A DNA stretch of 63,541 bases, the filler included, from Lenisia limosa (taxonomy: Eukaryota; Protista; Breviatea), in NCBI GenBank assembly GCA_001655205.1. It is 10 parts of 10 records of this genome, joined end to end, with 100 filler letters (N's around TTAATTAATTAA, not from the genome) between each part and the next. Parts side by side here need not be neighbours in the genome. Positions count along the whole stretch, not along the records: positions 1 to 18,315 come from LPNZ01007100.1; positions 18,416 to 26,279 come from LPNZ01006879.1; positions 26,380 to 31,021 come from LPNZ01006156.1; 7 more parts are not named here. The stretch is one strand, 5' to 3'. Positions 14,101 to 26,519 of this stretch are shown piece after piece; the stretch's first letter is position 1; every line of letters starts with the position of its first letter. The notes under the pieces are model-generated. The model saw nothing but the letters and a program-made list of their open reading frames with translations. It was not told the origin of the DNA and searched no databases. A program made the position numbers and the translations under genes.

Positions 14101-15318
14101 NNNNNNNNNNNNNNNNNNNNNNNNNNNNNNNNNNNNNNNNNNNNNNNNNNNNNNNNNNNNNNNNNNNNNNNNNNNNNNNNNNNNNNNNNNNNNNNNNNNN
14201 NNNNNNNNNNNNNNNNNNNNNNNNNNNNNNNNNNAGGCTTGCTCTTTTCTCCTTTGATCTTCCATTTGATATGGCGTTGCTCCTTCCCTGTTGTCTTTGC
14301 GTCTTATTGGTAGTGCTTATGTTTACGTTACCTATTGAAATACATGAAAAACTACTTATCCCCTCACCCCCGCAGACCACCACCCATGAAGATACATGTA
14401 CTGTGTTGTGCGATAACACCAAGGAAGTCCCGTCGGTATCGTCGGTAAAGTGTGACGGTCTTATTTGGCCTGCTGTCACGTGCCACGAACCCATTAATGA
14501 GGTCTGGAGCCTTCCCCCGAATCTTAAACTCTGGAATATGACAATTTTGTCGTATTCCGTTACCTTTCCCTTTTGGTTCCAAAATACTCAGGAATATGGC
14601 CATTTATCGAGGAATATGGCAAGCGAAAGAACTCCTGTCACCATCTCCAGGTTTCAGGACTCAACGACACAACGGTAGTTACGACTTCGGACAGCGAGAA
14701 TTCGACCGTAGTGTACACCTTGGCGGGCCTGCTGTTTACCTGCTCTCTTGGCCTCGTGGCTTGTGCCGTCATTGGTGGCAAGGTGGTTGGCTTGAGTCAT
14801 TTTAAGGGATTTACTTTCGGTTCTACCAAGGTTGAATTGAGGACCTCTACTGTGTCGATCATTCCTCAAAATCACGATATGATATTTTATATTTTCAAAG
14901 AAATGTATTCAGATTAGTGCGGACATAGAGATACTGCTGAGGTCTTTTCAGCTTCTCCTTCTCCGTTGTTGTGTTTTTGCAGTAAAGCTCTTGTTGAACG
15001 AAGTGCCCATATAAACACTGCAGAAAAGACAGGCCCCTCCCCTAACCAGCCCCAGAACGATGACGTCATCGCCAATGAACTCAAGCCAGTCGTGCCCATT
15101 GAAACGGAGACCTCCACTGTCGCTACTCTCGAAACCACCACCCTTGACGCCGCTGTCAGTGATATTGAGGCTTCTGAGCCGGAAGTTGTGCGTCCACCCC
15201 AGGGCGAGTTTGCTACCGAAGGTGGGTTGGCGTCACATTATTCGAAAATGATAAGATATCGTTATTTATCGAGGATTTGTCGAGCGATTCATTTTTAGCA
15301 ATGGACGTAAGACCCTAG
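2179..15318 (+). CDS. Large multi-exon type-I membrane mosaic protein: signal peptide, Sushi-like, FN2-like, GLUG-associated beta-helix region, about 10 tandem Sushi/CCP-like modules, TM helix, acidic cytoplasmic tail
   Basis: Hand-spliced exons: CNVTCPAGYSG; REDGRCWCATS (FN2-like); TISNCEQL..LTLGNDISC and IHGRGYTISGLT..SGLF (beta-helix/GLUG-associated); repeated two-exon units such as CPAIPSIDHGLINC / CPVECDEFY..VACPATVWESALC and CNEGY..CSTGNWSVPSC; TM VYTLAGLLFTCSLGLVACAVIGG (~14710-14780); tail ending AMDVRP-TAG at 15316-15318. The start codon is tentative and several exons fall in gaps. Confidence 0.8.
12817..12906. mobile_element. MITE family A copy in a Sushi-gene intron
   Basis: GGGCTTCACTTCGGTTCGAA...TTCGAGGAATTATCGAGAAATTCAGTCTTTT with a decayed right end. 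Confidence 0.75.
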
Positions 15319-15689
15319 TGGAGGGTCATTATCATGACTCTTTTGATATCTCATCGCTGTAGGTACAGCAGAGCTCCCCTAGCTAGACAGGCAGAATGGT
15401 TTTTATGCTCGTGTCCTTTCTTAGTTCCTATTGGTGTGGTATTATGGTATTAATGTTCTTGATATATTTCAAATTTCAAGAGAGTAGTAGTTGTAAAAAT
15501 CAGGTAAAAATAGTGATAGCCACAACACCTCATTACAAGCATCCTCAGGCAATCAACAAGAGTGACGGAGTGTGGAATTTTTGGCTGTTTGGGTGTGGAG
15601 AATTGTAACATCAAGTCCGTACATGGATATTTCACCTTTTGTGGTCAAGTGTTGGTTGATTCCAACAAATCAGCAAATAAAAAATTGAC

Positions 15690-16797
15690 AATGGGACCAC
15701 AGGGGGCAATAGACAAATGTAGAGATGTAGATAATATGGGTGGGTTTCGTGCAAGTTTCGTGGTGAACGCGGGGCATGTTCAGTATGGTCAGGCGGTCCC
15801 CCTGGATTATTTTTTTCAACCCTTCTTGGTTCTTGGCCTGCCTGGCCTTTCCCCCCTACACACAAAGACACACCCAACAACTCTCCAACAACTACATCAG
15901 CGCAGCCCAGCTGACAACACCCAACAGCAACTCAAGTCCGAAGCCCCCTACTCCTCCTCTAAAACATGTCTGGTTACCAGCCCGCTAGAACAGATGTTGG
16001 TGTGGTTCTGTGTCGTTTGGGTGTCAGGGAAACCTTTGGTTTTGAATGATGATTCGATGGGTGCCATCCCATGTGTATATTCTTCCTTCAGCAAGATTAT
16101 ACTGGTTATAACAAGCTCAAGAGGTTTTTTTTGTTCTTTAAATGCCCATGTTCTCAGGGTGTTGACCGCATTAGGAGGTGATGGCACCCTCCATTACGGC
16201 TGAGCCAGCGTACGTACCAGGCCAGTATCACAAGGCCAACGGGCCCTCTGCGACAACCCAGAAAGTACAGGGATAATGGATCTCTTATTAGACTGATTTG
16301 GGCATACTCCTTCATTTACATGGCACATCTAACAACATGTGGGCGGTGAAGAACTCCAAACTATGATTGATTTAAAAGGGTTTTCTTCTTTACCCCCCTT
16401 CCACCCCTCATCGAATCCCCTTCGTTTTACCCCCTCCTTAGATCACCAAGGGCATGGGCTCCCTGTTCGCTACCAGCATTTTTGCAGGCAAGAAAGTCAA
16501 TGGTCTGGGGTATGTATTGATATGTCTTCAATTATGGCTTCTTTTTTGTTTTCCCGCCGTATATCGGTCTTCTGGTTATTCTTCCTTTGGAGTTTCGGTC
16601 TTGCTCTGGAGTTTCGGTTTTTGTGCTGGTTATTGGAGTGTTTTGGGAATGGCATAAGTTATCGAAATCAGCGGCATTTTCACCCTAGGCTGATGAGTCT
16701 CATCCTTTTAGAAAAGCTGAAAATCTCAGAAACAGTCGGCAAAGGAGTCACTAAAGTGAAAGAGGTTAGCGATGCCTGGATAAGAAATGAGAAGTAA
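15690..16797 (+). CDS. Small multi-exon gene, unknown product
   Basis: Exon-like segments PADNTQQQLKSEAPYSSSKTCLVTSPLEQML, EVMAPSITAEPAYVPGQYHKANGPSATTQK, ITKGMGSLFATSIFAG and LKISETVGKGVTKVKEVSDAWIRNEK-TAA are bounded by AG/GT. The 5' end is uncertain. Confidence 0.45.
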
Positions 16798-17569
16798 AAC
16801 AAAGGAGTATGTATCTGGTCGACAGTCTACAGCATCTTATTATTGGATTATTGTATCATAATCATTAACCCAATCATTTGCCCTAACAGAGTGGCTTGAT
16901 TACTTTAAGTGAGGGAATTGATGCTTCAATTCGATCATGTCGTTAATAGATAATATGGAACATTGATAATTGTTTCACTTGTGGATAATATTGTTATATG
17001 TACATGTACTATATGATATACTATATGATATGTAATACCACTTATAATCAAGCCCTCATTGGTATGGATAACATTTGACCTTGCCACAGGTTGACCAAAA
17101 TTTGGGCCTTTCCTCATCTGTAACTACTGCTGCTTCTGATGGTATGTCATTGGGTTGTTATTCAGATTACCTATTGGCATGTCTGAGAGTTGACTGACAA
17201 TGATCAATGGAACTCTCGGGATAAGCCCCCAGCAAACTTCTTTCATTATTTCGACTCGAAAGTCGGTCACACACTTATGTGGATGTGGTACAACAATATT
17301 TGATTTCGCATTAATGGTGATTGAAATATACTTATTGTTTAGTTTTCAAACCCAGGTTTGACAGCAGAGATTATTTGTGTGTGTTCAATTACCACCTCAC
17401 ACACCATCGCCACACCAATAAGTTATCGAAATCCCTCCCCCCACAATCTCTTCATAATGAGGTGCTGTAGCAGCAACTGGTTTGGATTTATTTGTTTTGT
17501 TGTCAACCATTGTGTATTTCTAGCCGATTCTGGGATTCTTTAATGTTCCAATTGTACCCCCCCCCCCAG

Positions 17570-17890
17570 TCGCCTCAGCAGTGTCAGTCGCGGCCTCCGC
17601 AGGTTTCGATGCGGTCAACGAAAAGACCCGGCCAAAGTACCATGGCATCCCCGTTGGCGAGCCAATGCTTAAGCCTGCCNNNNNNNNNNNNNNNNNNNNN
17701 NNNNNNNNNNNNNNNNNNNNNNNNNNNNNNNNNNNNNNNNNNNNNNNNNNNNNNNNNNNNNNNNNNNNNNNNNNNAGATTTCATACATCATATCAAGAGA
17801 CGGTGTTTAATTGCCTAGATTTCTGACGCGTCGTCGCAGGTGAAGGACAAGGTCTCAGAAACGTCCATGGCCGTTTGCGGGGCGAGTGGA
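17570..17890 (+). CDS. Exon fragments of an unknown gene
   Basis: GC-rich coding-like segments VAASAGFDAVNEKTRPKYHGIPVGEPMLKPA and VKDKVSETSMAVCGA follow poly-C/AG acceptors and are interrupted by a gap. Confidence 0.3.
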
Positions 17891-18315
17891 GGGGGATGCC
17901 TTACAGTTTTCGTTTACACTTTAACACTCTCTAACAGCACTTCTTATACTAGTAATATGTAATACTATATCATATGTACTACATGTATATTTTGAATTTA
18001 TAAGCATAGATAGTTGAAATTGTAATTAATTGTTGTGTTTATCATACGTATTTACACACAATATTACAGCTTACCGTGAACCACCAAAACGGGGCAAAGC
18101 CACAAGGATCAAGGAGGAATGCTTACAGAAAAAACGACCAATTTTAAGATACCACTAATTAATAATTCTGCTACCTTGGAGGCATCTCCTCATTATCACA
18201 ATCCGAAAACTCCTAGCTTCATTGGCAATGCTTATCTTCAGTTTTCATTGTACCGCTCTCTCTTTACATCAATAAACCTCATCGAAATTTCCTTCGTTTT
18301 ACTCCCCCCCCCCCC

Positions 18316-18415
18316 NNNNNNNNNNNNNNNNNNNNNNNNNNNNNNNNNNNNNNNNNNNNTTAATTAATTAANNNNNNNNNNNNNNNNNNNNNNNNNNNNN
18401 NNNNNNNNNNNNNNN
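18316..18415. other. Artificial scaffold linker N44-TTAATTAATTAA-N44 (also at 26324, 31066, 37617, 40393, 42788, 52705, 54837, 62138)
   Basis: The same 12-mer with stops in all six frames sits in 100-bp N blocks, and genes are cut at these points. Confidence 0.97.
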
Positions 18416-21400
18416 TCACCCCTCTGCATCTAGCAGCTGATAATGGGAATCGCAAAATGGTCGAACTTTTAGTGCAGCATGGGGCAAACATCAACCAGCA
18501 GAATATTGGTTTGTCCGATATCTAGAGAACTTTCAACCCTTCATCATAGATGACATATTTCAAATGTTGGGCAAAAAGTTCGTTCTTCACGATAAACTCT
18601 GCTGAATTTGAAAAGAAATATTGTTCGTTTTTTTGGAAATTGGCGTGAAAAGGTGTTGACTTCTGTCAGATAATATCTATTGTATTTTGTATCTCTACAT
18701 AGCTTATCATGCATGATAAATATATAGTATAGTATGTAAATCTATGTGGAGCTAAATATACTTGTGATAGAGGTACTCTACCACAAATATTCAAAACATC
18801 AGGCCAGTTCCCACCATGCTTCCTCAAGGGCTGTCAAGGGGTTGAAACTGTCTGTCACGCTGTCCAGTCCGCGGCTGACTATTCTGGCAAGCTTAGTTTA
18901 ATGAGTCGTCCTGAGCAAAGGGGAAGGGTCAGCGTGACGCTACTGAAGTGCAAGGTGGTTTTGAAGCTTTCATGGCAGTAATGTGTTTTATTGAGTATCA
19001 TTCAAGAGTTTTGTTTCGCACTCAAATATGTAGAATATTGTGTGAATATTGGCCCCATTGAAGTATTGATATCTTGGCATAATCTGAATTGCAATAAAGT
19101 GATGACAGATTTCACGTCGACATTACCCGGTTTCTTATTTCCCAGCTTACCGCGCTTCATATTGCAATATATCATGGGAATGTTGCCATGACCAATTGTC
19201 TCATTTGCCTTGGTGCAGACGTCAATACAACAGATTTGGTGGGCCAATAGATATTCTCTGATAAACATGATGTTAGTTATGTATGGTTTATTTCTGATAA
19301 ATGGGAGTATGTAGCAATGTCACCTTTTTTTTTTAATTGAAATGACTTTATTTCTTTGTTTCTCGTTTAATTGATTTTTTGAGATCTTAAAACCAACTGA
19401 TTTGGTGCAAGATTTGGTGCTCCAATTAACTCATCCATGAAGTAATAAGAATTGCATAATTGATTGCATATCATATGATATATTTTCTACACTGACCGCG
19501 GTAGGTCATATTGGGCTTTTCGTGGTCAATTTACGATAGTATGTCTGTATTAAATGGATCAAAACGACTGAATGCATTTGAGAGGTATTTGTCTTGATCA
19601 TCTAACTCTATTGCAGCTGCGTCACACCCCTCTCATGCTTGCTGTGATCCTTAAAAACCTGGCAATCACAAAGGCTCTTGTGAAAAGTGGCGCGGATGTC
19701 AACAAAAGCATTTGCTATTTTGTGGGTTTTTGCCAGATGGAAGGTAAATACCCCTTTTCTATGTTTAAATACTGTACCTTTTGTTCTCAATTCTACAAAT
19801 AGATCATTCATGCTTGTCAATTGTTCATTAATTACTATATTTTTTCGGGAGTCCCTACTTCTCGACATTTCAATGTAAACTGAATTCTCACCGTTCAGGA
19901 GACCTTTTTCCGAAGACTGAACCCCCTAGCCTTTGCCATCCATGCTCAAAACGCTGAAATTATCCGTTTCTTGCTTAGTAGTGGGGCTGTGACCGAAGCT
20001 GAAACACCCGTGGGAGGGAATTACAAGCACTAATTTACATGTTTTTATAGGAAATACATGAGTATTCTTGGGAATAGTGTTCTTTGTTCAAGTTCCATGT
20101 CTGCCTTACTTTTTTCAGCATGACTACTCTGCACTGGAATTGGCAGTAACTACAGGCAACCTAGAAATTGTCAAAATCATCATCACACACAATGCCAAGT
20201 CCAATCACCCTGAGGTTGGGGGTAAACAAGGGGGAGTCAAAGTTTGATTGCAATGATACTATTGGCTTTTTTTTCACACAGAACAGACAATGCCTGACCA
20301 CGAAGCCTTGTCTCTTACCGCTCTGAGCGGCAACGCGAAGCATTTCTTTTTACTCGTGAATCACGGCTATAGAATTGATTTTTGCCACCCATTGGTTAGT
20401 CTTTTTGACTCCATGCAATAATAAAAATTGTTGAATCCTCTTTTGTGCCTTTTGTATTCGGTGCTTTCTTGCAAATCTGCCTTATGATTAACCGTTTAAC
20501 CCTTAAGAATATGTTTTATTCATTCTACAAATAAAGAATGAATAAAACATATTAATTCAGGTTTGATCCAATACGGGAATCTTAAGCTCTATTAACCAGC
20601 AGATAAACCAAACACTCGAGACAACCTGTGCTATCAAGACCGCCAACTATCAAGACGTTACTGACATCGTACATTGGATCATACAGAGACCTGAGGAGAA
20701 AGCGAAAGAGTGGCTGACGCCGTGGACGTTCATAAGGGCTGCTGTCTGCGCTGGTAACTTTGCCCTGCTGAAAGTCCTGGTATGAATATATCACATAAGA
20801 TACACTGCCAGACCTACTATTGTCTCAGCAACTTTCACGTGTTGTTGTCTTAATCTGTTTTATTAGAATATGTCCAGAGTATTTCTCTCTTTTTTTGATA
20901 TATTTTGCAATTATTATTTTTTAAGTCGTCACTCTGCTGTTATGAGAGTTGGACCCTTTGTTTGACATTTCAGATTGCCCGCTTTGGCTTGAAGCAAGAC
21001 CACTTCTACCCGATCGGTAATGCTTTGCGGAAGTTCGGTTTACCGCTGTTGGACTATCTCCTTGAATTGAAGTTGATAAGCTTGGATGATGCGGTTGGGC
21101 GGTGGAGTGTTTGTATTGTGAGGAAAGCAGTATCGAGGCCACACTTGATACATGTACTCTTAGAATGAGCTAAATTTGGTGATCTTTCCGTTTTCGAATT
21201 GGCACCTTCCATTTTTTTTTAGTTTTTTTTTTAGTTTTTTTTTTAGTTTTTTTTTAGTTTTCTCTTTGGGAAGATTTGTTGTGTGGTGGGTGTTCAGATA
21301 ATGTTTTTGGGGCTGAAAAGATGCAATAAAGGATACTTTTTTTGAAGTAAATTCTCTGGAAACTAGGATGATAAAGAGAAAGTCTCTATGGAAGCTAGGA

Positions 21401-24215
21401 TCATAGAGATCCGGTAGTTACTCTGCAGTAAAATCACCGATGCTTACACCCCAGCTGCTTGAATTTGCGGATTATGGCGTTAGTGATGCCGCAATCCTGA
21501 GTGCCATGGTGGAAAAGTACCCCGAGTTTAAAGAGGTTAGTGTGGTGTAAAGCATGGTTTAGGTATATCATATATGTACATATATATATATATATATATT
21601 GGTGCTAAGCATGGTTTAGATATATATATATATCATATATCATATATTATATGATATAGTATATATGATATATTACTGTATATATTGGTGTAAAACATGG
21701 TTTAAACAATTGGACCCATTATTTATCTGTCAGTAGTTGAGGTATTTACTTCTTGGATTGTACTGGAAGTCAATGAAGCACTGAGATTCAAGAAATTGAC
21801 AGAAGAAACAAATCTTATATTTTTCTTCCAGATTTGTCTGAAGAATGTCACTACCATGAAACAAACCATTATGAATAGAGACATTGAAGCTGTCGCTGCG
21901 CTAATTGATCTCGGTTATAACTGCCATGCAACTTGTGTAGGCCTTTTCCTGACAATTCTTTAATCTTGCTGGTATTATTCCTTTTATCATAACATTCATA
22001 TCACTCAACGCATTACATTGTTTACCTCCGTTCTACATGGTTATGAAAACAGCTTCATTCAGAGACCACAATTTGGGCACATTTGAAGGTTATGTATTGA
22101 TCTTTCAATAGGAGAATGAGGATAACTTTGCTGTTTATTCGCTGATTAAAGGTCAAGTTGAGATTGCCATCATGTTTTTGGAGAATGGGGTAAGAGCGGT
22201 GTAATAAAATAGTTTTAGAAGCAGACGTGTTTACAGGTATGCACTCAGAATAACAATTCATAACAAACTTATTATAGGTGCATATACTACATGTAGCTAT
22301 TTTGAATTTGTTATATCGTAACAACAAATTCATGTTTTTGCCCTGCCTTAATAATAGAGCTTCAATGAAGGAGGGGTGTTTTGAGTCCTTTCAAGACTCT
22401 AAGCACTGTCATCTAACATTGTTTTACTGGAACTGTAAATTATGGTTGAACACGTACTTTCAATGCTCGAATTGTCACAATGAACATGCTATATTTGTAT
22501 TTCCAAAAAAATTCAAATCAATAGAGTGCATATCTGGGGTGAAATAAAAGGGCTGAGTCTTGATCGATTTGCTGTGTGATATACAGTGACCGGGATAAGT
22601 CTTGACCTATTTGCTATGATTTCCCCAAGGAAAATCGGTCAAGACTTCACCCACACACTTAATATTCCAGATACTCTATAGTTGCATGGGAACTGCTGTC
22701 AACAAAATATTAGTATTAAAAACCCCTCATCGTATGTGTGGTTAAAATAACAACCATCAATAGGTCGAATTAACACCGGGAGAGTACCCCAGACTTTGTC
22801 CCTCCGAATCTCAAGCCTACCTTATTGAGAATCATGCTGACTTTCTCGTGGGAGGGGGGGGGCTTTTCCAATTGTCCTCATGTGATAATATGCTTGGTGT
22901 CAGAGTTGGTTTTTGTTTTTGTTTCATAAAACTTTCCATTTTCACCTCCCCCACTCCTCCAGAAAGACTGTGTTCCCAACCTCATTGCCTCTTTAAAAGA
23001 CCGTGAATTGATCACCTCTCTGCTGGCCAAGGGCTTTGACATTAACGCTCGATTACATGTGGGCAGCCCTGTTGAATAACACGCCATGCCAATATTATCT
23101 AGAGAATAAACAAAGGAAATAGAGACATAGGATCATAGATATTTCTGAGTTTGATGGAGCATCTGTGGATACTTTCGAAATGTCTATAATATCATTATAT
23201 GTATAGTCAAAGCTCCGGACATCATTCAAAATCTCCGGACAAATCAAAACTCCCGGACAGTTTGAATTTTCCCTATAAAAGTACTATAAACTTCATTTTC
23301 ATGTTATTTTCGAAAGTAATTTCAGTCATAATCACAGGATTGAATGCGGTTTTTACATATTCTTGGCTCAAACCCAAATTAAGTCACTTGGCTACCCGTT
23401 TGTGGCCCTTAAACTGCCAAAAAGAACCAAAACCATATAATCGGCCACATTCAAGGAATAAATGGCAACTATCCGGAAAGTTTGACCTTGTAGAAAGCAC
23501 TATTTGAACATTTCTCTCTCAAAATTCACCATCACATAGCCAAAGCAAGGGGGAATCCATAACTAATTACTCCGAGGGGTACATTTTTTTGCTTCTTAAC
23601 ACTAAAAGAGGGATAGATTTAGAAAAAAATCCCGTGAAAAGGCAAAAGGGGCTCCCCCGGTAGACCAAATTCACGGATTTTTGACAGTTCCTCAAATTTG
23701 GAAAAAAAAGTTGGGGAACATTAAGAGGTCATTTTCTCTATATATCTGTCGAACCAGTTTTGTACTAAACACTACCGTTGACCTATACAAGGGGTCAACT
23801 TCAAGCTGTCCGGGAGTTTTGATGTGTCCGGTGAATTTTGAATGCTGTCCGGAGCTTTGAGGACCCACATATACTATATTGAATATAGAAACTTAAAACA
23901 AGTCACCACAACGGCGCATCAGCTTGGGATTCCCATGGAGTATTTGGGAATCCCATAGATATCTTCGGATTTCCATAAAAAATACCCATGTCAATGCGCC
24001 GTAGTAAATCTTGAATCTTTTTTGAGTATCTACATTCAGTATACAAATTTGTGAGCATTCCATAGATGCTCAATCAAACTCAGAAGTAGCCTCCCTCTAT
24101 TTTCGATTTACCCCCTTCCCACCCACAGGGAGGAACAATTGTGCATTATTGCACATCGCTCAGGTTACTGAAGTTTCTCCATAGGAATGGCGCTGATTTG
24201 AATCAGGAACACCAA
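18416..24215 (+). CDS. Ankyrin-repeat protein (5' truncated by scaffold start)
   Basis: Roughly one repeat per exon: SPLHLAADNGNRKMVELLVQHGANIN, LTALHIAIYHGNVAMTNCLICLGADVN, HTPLMLAVILKNLAITKALVKSGADVN, NPLAFAIHAQNAEIIRFLLSSGA, SALELAVTTGNLEIVKIII, ELITSLLAKGFDIN, LLKFLHRNGADLN. These match the ankyrin consensus. Confidence 0.92.
23196..23873. mobile_element. ~680-bp non-autonomous DNA transposon with ~80-bp TIRs in an ankyrin-gene intron
   Basis: The left arm TCAAAGCTCCGGACATCATTCAAAATCTCCGGACAAATCAAAACTCCCGGACAG is the reverse complement of ~23800-23862. Three TCCGGAC-like subrepeats per arm; no ORF inside. Confidence 0.75.
23908..24005. mobile_element. Small palindromic MITE-like element
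   Basis: ACAACGGCGCAT...ATGCGCCGTAGT termini with internal GGGATTCCCAT/GGGAATCCCAT motifs. Confidence 0.55.
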
Positions 24216-24891
24216 GTGGGAGGGGGGCAGTGTTCCCTGTGTCATTTCGAGACTCCCAAGAAAATGTCCATTTAGAGGCGGGTGTAGATGGTTAAGTTTT
24301 TGATGTTTTTGTTGTTTTGTTGGGTTATGTGTGCAAATCTCTCAAAGATTGGTCTATAGTTCAGCAAAATATTGCTTTAAGAAGAGTCCTGTCCTCATAC
24401 TCACATCACCCCCCCCCCCCNNNNNNNNNNNNNNNNNNNNNNNNNNNNNNNNNNNNNNNNNNNNNNNNNNNNNNNNNNNNNNNNNNNNNNNNNNNNNNNN
24501 NNNNNNNNNNNNNNNNNNNNNNNNNNNNNNNNNNNNNNNNNNNNNNNNNNNNNNNNNNNNNNNNNNNNNNNNNNNNNNNNNNNNNNNNNNNNNNNNNNNN
24601 NNGTAGAGGTGTAGCAGAATCTTATTCTTTGTTCTTATTAGTTGTTTAATATTTATTTCTATTTGCCCGTGTATATCAATAATATAAGAAACCTAGGACT
24701 GACTACACGAGTAAAATTTATCAAAAGGGTTATTCAGCAACTTACTTAATTTACAACGAAATATTACCATAGACTATCTGGGGNNNNNNNNNNNNNNNNN
24801 NNNNNNNNNNNNNNNNNNNNNNNNNNNNNNNNNNNNNNNNNNTTACAACGAAATATTACCATAGACTATCTGGGGGGGGGGGTGATGCCGG

Positions 24892-26115
24892 CTATTCAGA
24901 GAGGGAATAGAAGAGTAGATATGACTGTTTGAGAACGTCCGTGTCTCCAAGTACCACTTCAGGCTAAAGGGGGGGTGAGGGCAACATTAACGTGCAATTA
25001 ATTCAAAATTAATTTAATAATGTGAAGTCGGACATATTATAACGAGAACACTATTCCAGACACTTTAAATCAATAATGTCAATTAATTTCCTCAAAAGAT
25101 TAATTGCACGCAGCCCATATTACACCCCCCTCCCACATCCACTCGCTCAATCCGGTCATCATTGCAATGCAACCATTGGGGGGAGTCTAGATAATGAGAC
25201 TGGGCGGTGGGGTAGAAATGGACAATTTATGACAAAACCCTGAATCAAGTCTGTTGGCCAGGCTTTTGGGAGACACAAACGGGTTAGAAACAACAACAGC
25301 AAAACAAAGTCCAGGCTAGCCGCTTCTGAAAAAGGGGGNNNNNNNNNNNNNNNNNNNNNNNNNNNNNNNNNNNNNNNNNNNNNNNNNNNNNNNNNNNNNN
25401 NNNNNNNNNNNNNNNNNNNNNNNNNNNNNNNNNNNNNNNNNNNNNNNNNNNNNNNNNNNNNNNNNNNAAAGAGATTAAAAAAGCCATCTGAGAACGATAA
25501 ATTGAATAAATGATCCCAACCTGAGGTACCGATGTCGACGTCAGCAACATAGTGACCACTGTTGACGGTTCGTCCCTGGAATGTAACTAACGCAACTAAT
25601 GCAAGGGACTTATAATAGTGCTTCTCCCAAAATATGAGCTCTACTGAGCTTTTTCTCCAGTCAATCATGTTAGGACTTATACCAGTTATATGGTATCTAT
25701 TTTTATGACGGAAAATGTGACCCTCCCCCCACCATATGTCTCACAATGGCGGATAGGCTGAATTCTCCGGTTTTGGTCTGTGGGTGAGCAAGGAATATTT
25801 ACATGTTGCAATGAAGGAATAATGAATAAAAACAAGGTTGTATCTGGCCGAAGCCGTCTACACAATCACGCTTATAAGAGATATTATAAAATACTAATTC
25901 ACTCCGTCATTTGCCTTAAAACTCTATGTACACAGCTTGCTTCTGAACGAGATGAAGGGGAAGCGAAGTGATAAAAAGGGTGTCTGACCTAACCTAACCC
26001 CCCACTTTTCTCCAGAGAACTTTCTTGGATTCCTTAGGAGCGGGTTTAGGCTTGGGAAGGTTCTTCGCTTTCTGAGGAGTATCACTACCATTTAGCCGTG
26101 TTGGATGTTTCAAAG
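24892..26115 (-). CDS. Ubiquitin-specific protease (peptidase C19), C-terminal part
   Basis: His-box LVALVTFQGRTVNSGHYVADVD (~25530-25610), Asp-box QWLHCNDDRIE (~25145-25200) and terminal KQSYLLFYSLSE-TAG appear in canonical USP order. The 5' part lies beyond the linker at 26324. Confidence 0.88.
25830..25882. repeat. Dispersed repeat family C (about 12 copies in both orientations; ~6435, 6685, 7242, 8848, 13157, 26861, 26913, 31122, 35890, 55130-55283, 57398)
   Basis: Consensus AAGCGTGATGGTGTGGACGGCTTCGGCCAGATACAACCTTGTTTTTTATTTCTCATTGC. The inverted arrangement around the gap at 55130-55283 suggests a long-TIR MITE. Confidence 0.8.
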
Positions 26116-26423
26116 TGGAACTGGGGGGTTAGTCTGAATTGGGGGAAGAAAAAAGCCCATCAATGATAGGTAAAATGGACTCTTGAATTGAAACACCAAA
26201 GCAAAAATTTATCATAAAAACAGAGGAGTACAGTAGCAAACTTACACACACAATTCTCTTTAATTGTCTCATTTTGCTANNNNNNNNNNNNNNNNNNNNN
26301 NNNNNNNNNNNNNNNNNNNNNNNTTAATTAATTAANNNNNNNNNNNNNNNNNNNNNNNNNNNNNNNNNNNNNNNNNNNNGCAACTTTATGAAACAAAAAA
26401 CAATCCAAGAAACCTCACACATA

Positions 26424-26492
26424 CAGTAACCGGGATACGTCTCTCCTTGGGAAAATAAAGAGCAAATCGGTCAAGACTTATCGCGGTCACTG
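26424..26492. mobile_element. MITE family B copy with TA flanks
   Basis: TA|CAGTAACCGGGATA...GACTTATCGCGGTCACTG|TA. Confidence 0.8.
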
Positions 26493-26519
26493 TATACTCG
26501 ATAAATTCTCATCCCTCTC

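Noticed and set aside
15562-16203. 213-aa ORF as an intronless gene
   Set aside because: It includes pyrimidine-rich intron-like segments with clear GT/AG boundaries and is better explained as several short exons.
16488-16711. GC-AG intron in the small unknown gene
   Set aside because: A canonical GT donor (AAA|GTCAAT) with the acceptor AAAAG|CTG keeps the same frame.
18316-18415. Repeated TTAATTAATTAA (PacI-containing) motif as a biological repeat
   Set aside because: It always sits in the centre of a 100-bp N block and stops all six frames; it is an assembly linker.
21560-21680. TA-rich palindromic stretch
   Set aside because: It is a simple (TA)n low-complexity intron sequence; the self-complementarity is trivial.
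24750-24880. Direct repeat TTACAACGAAATATTACCATAGACTATCTGGG flanking a gap
   Set aside because: An unmerged contig overlap ending in a G homopolymer is the simplest explanation.
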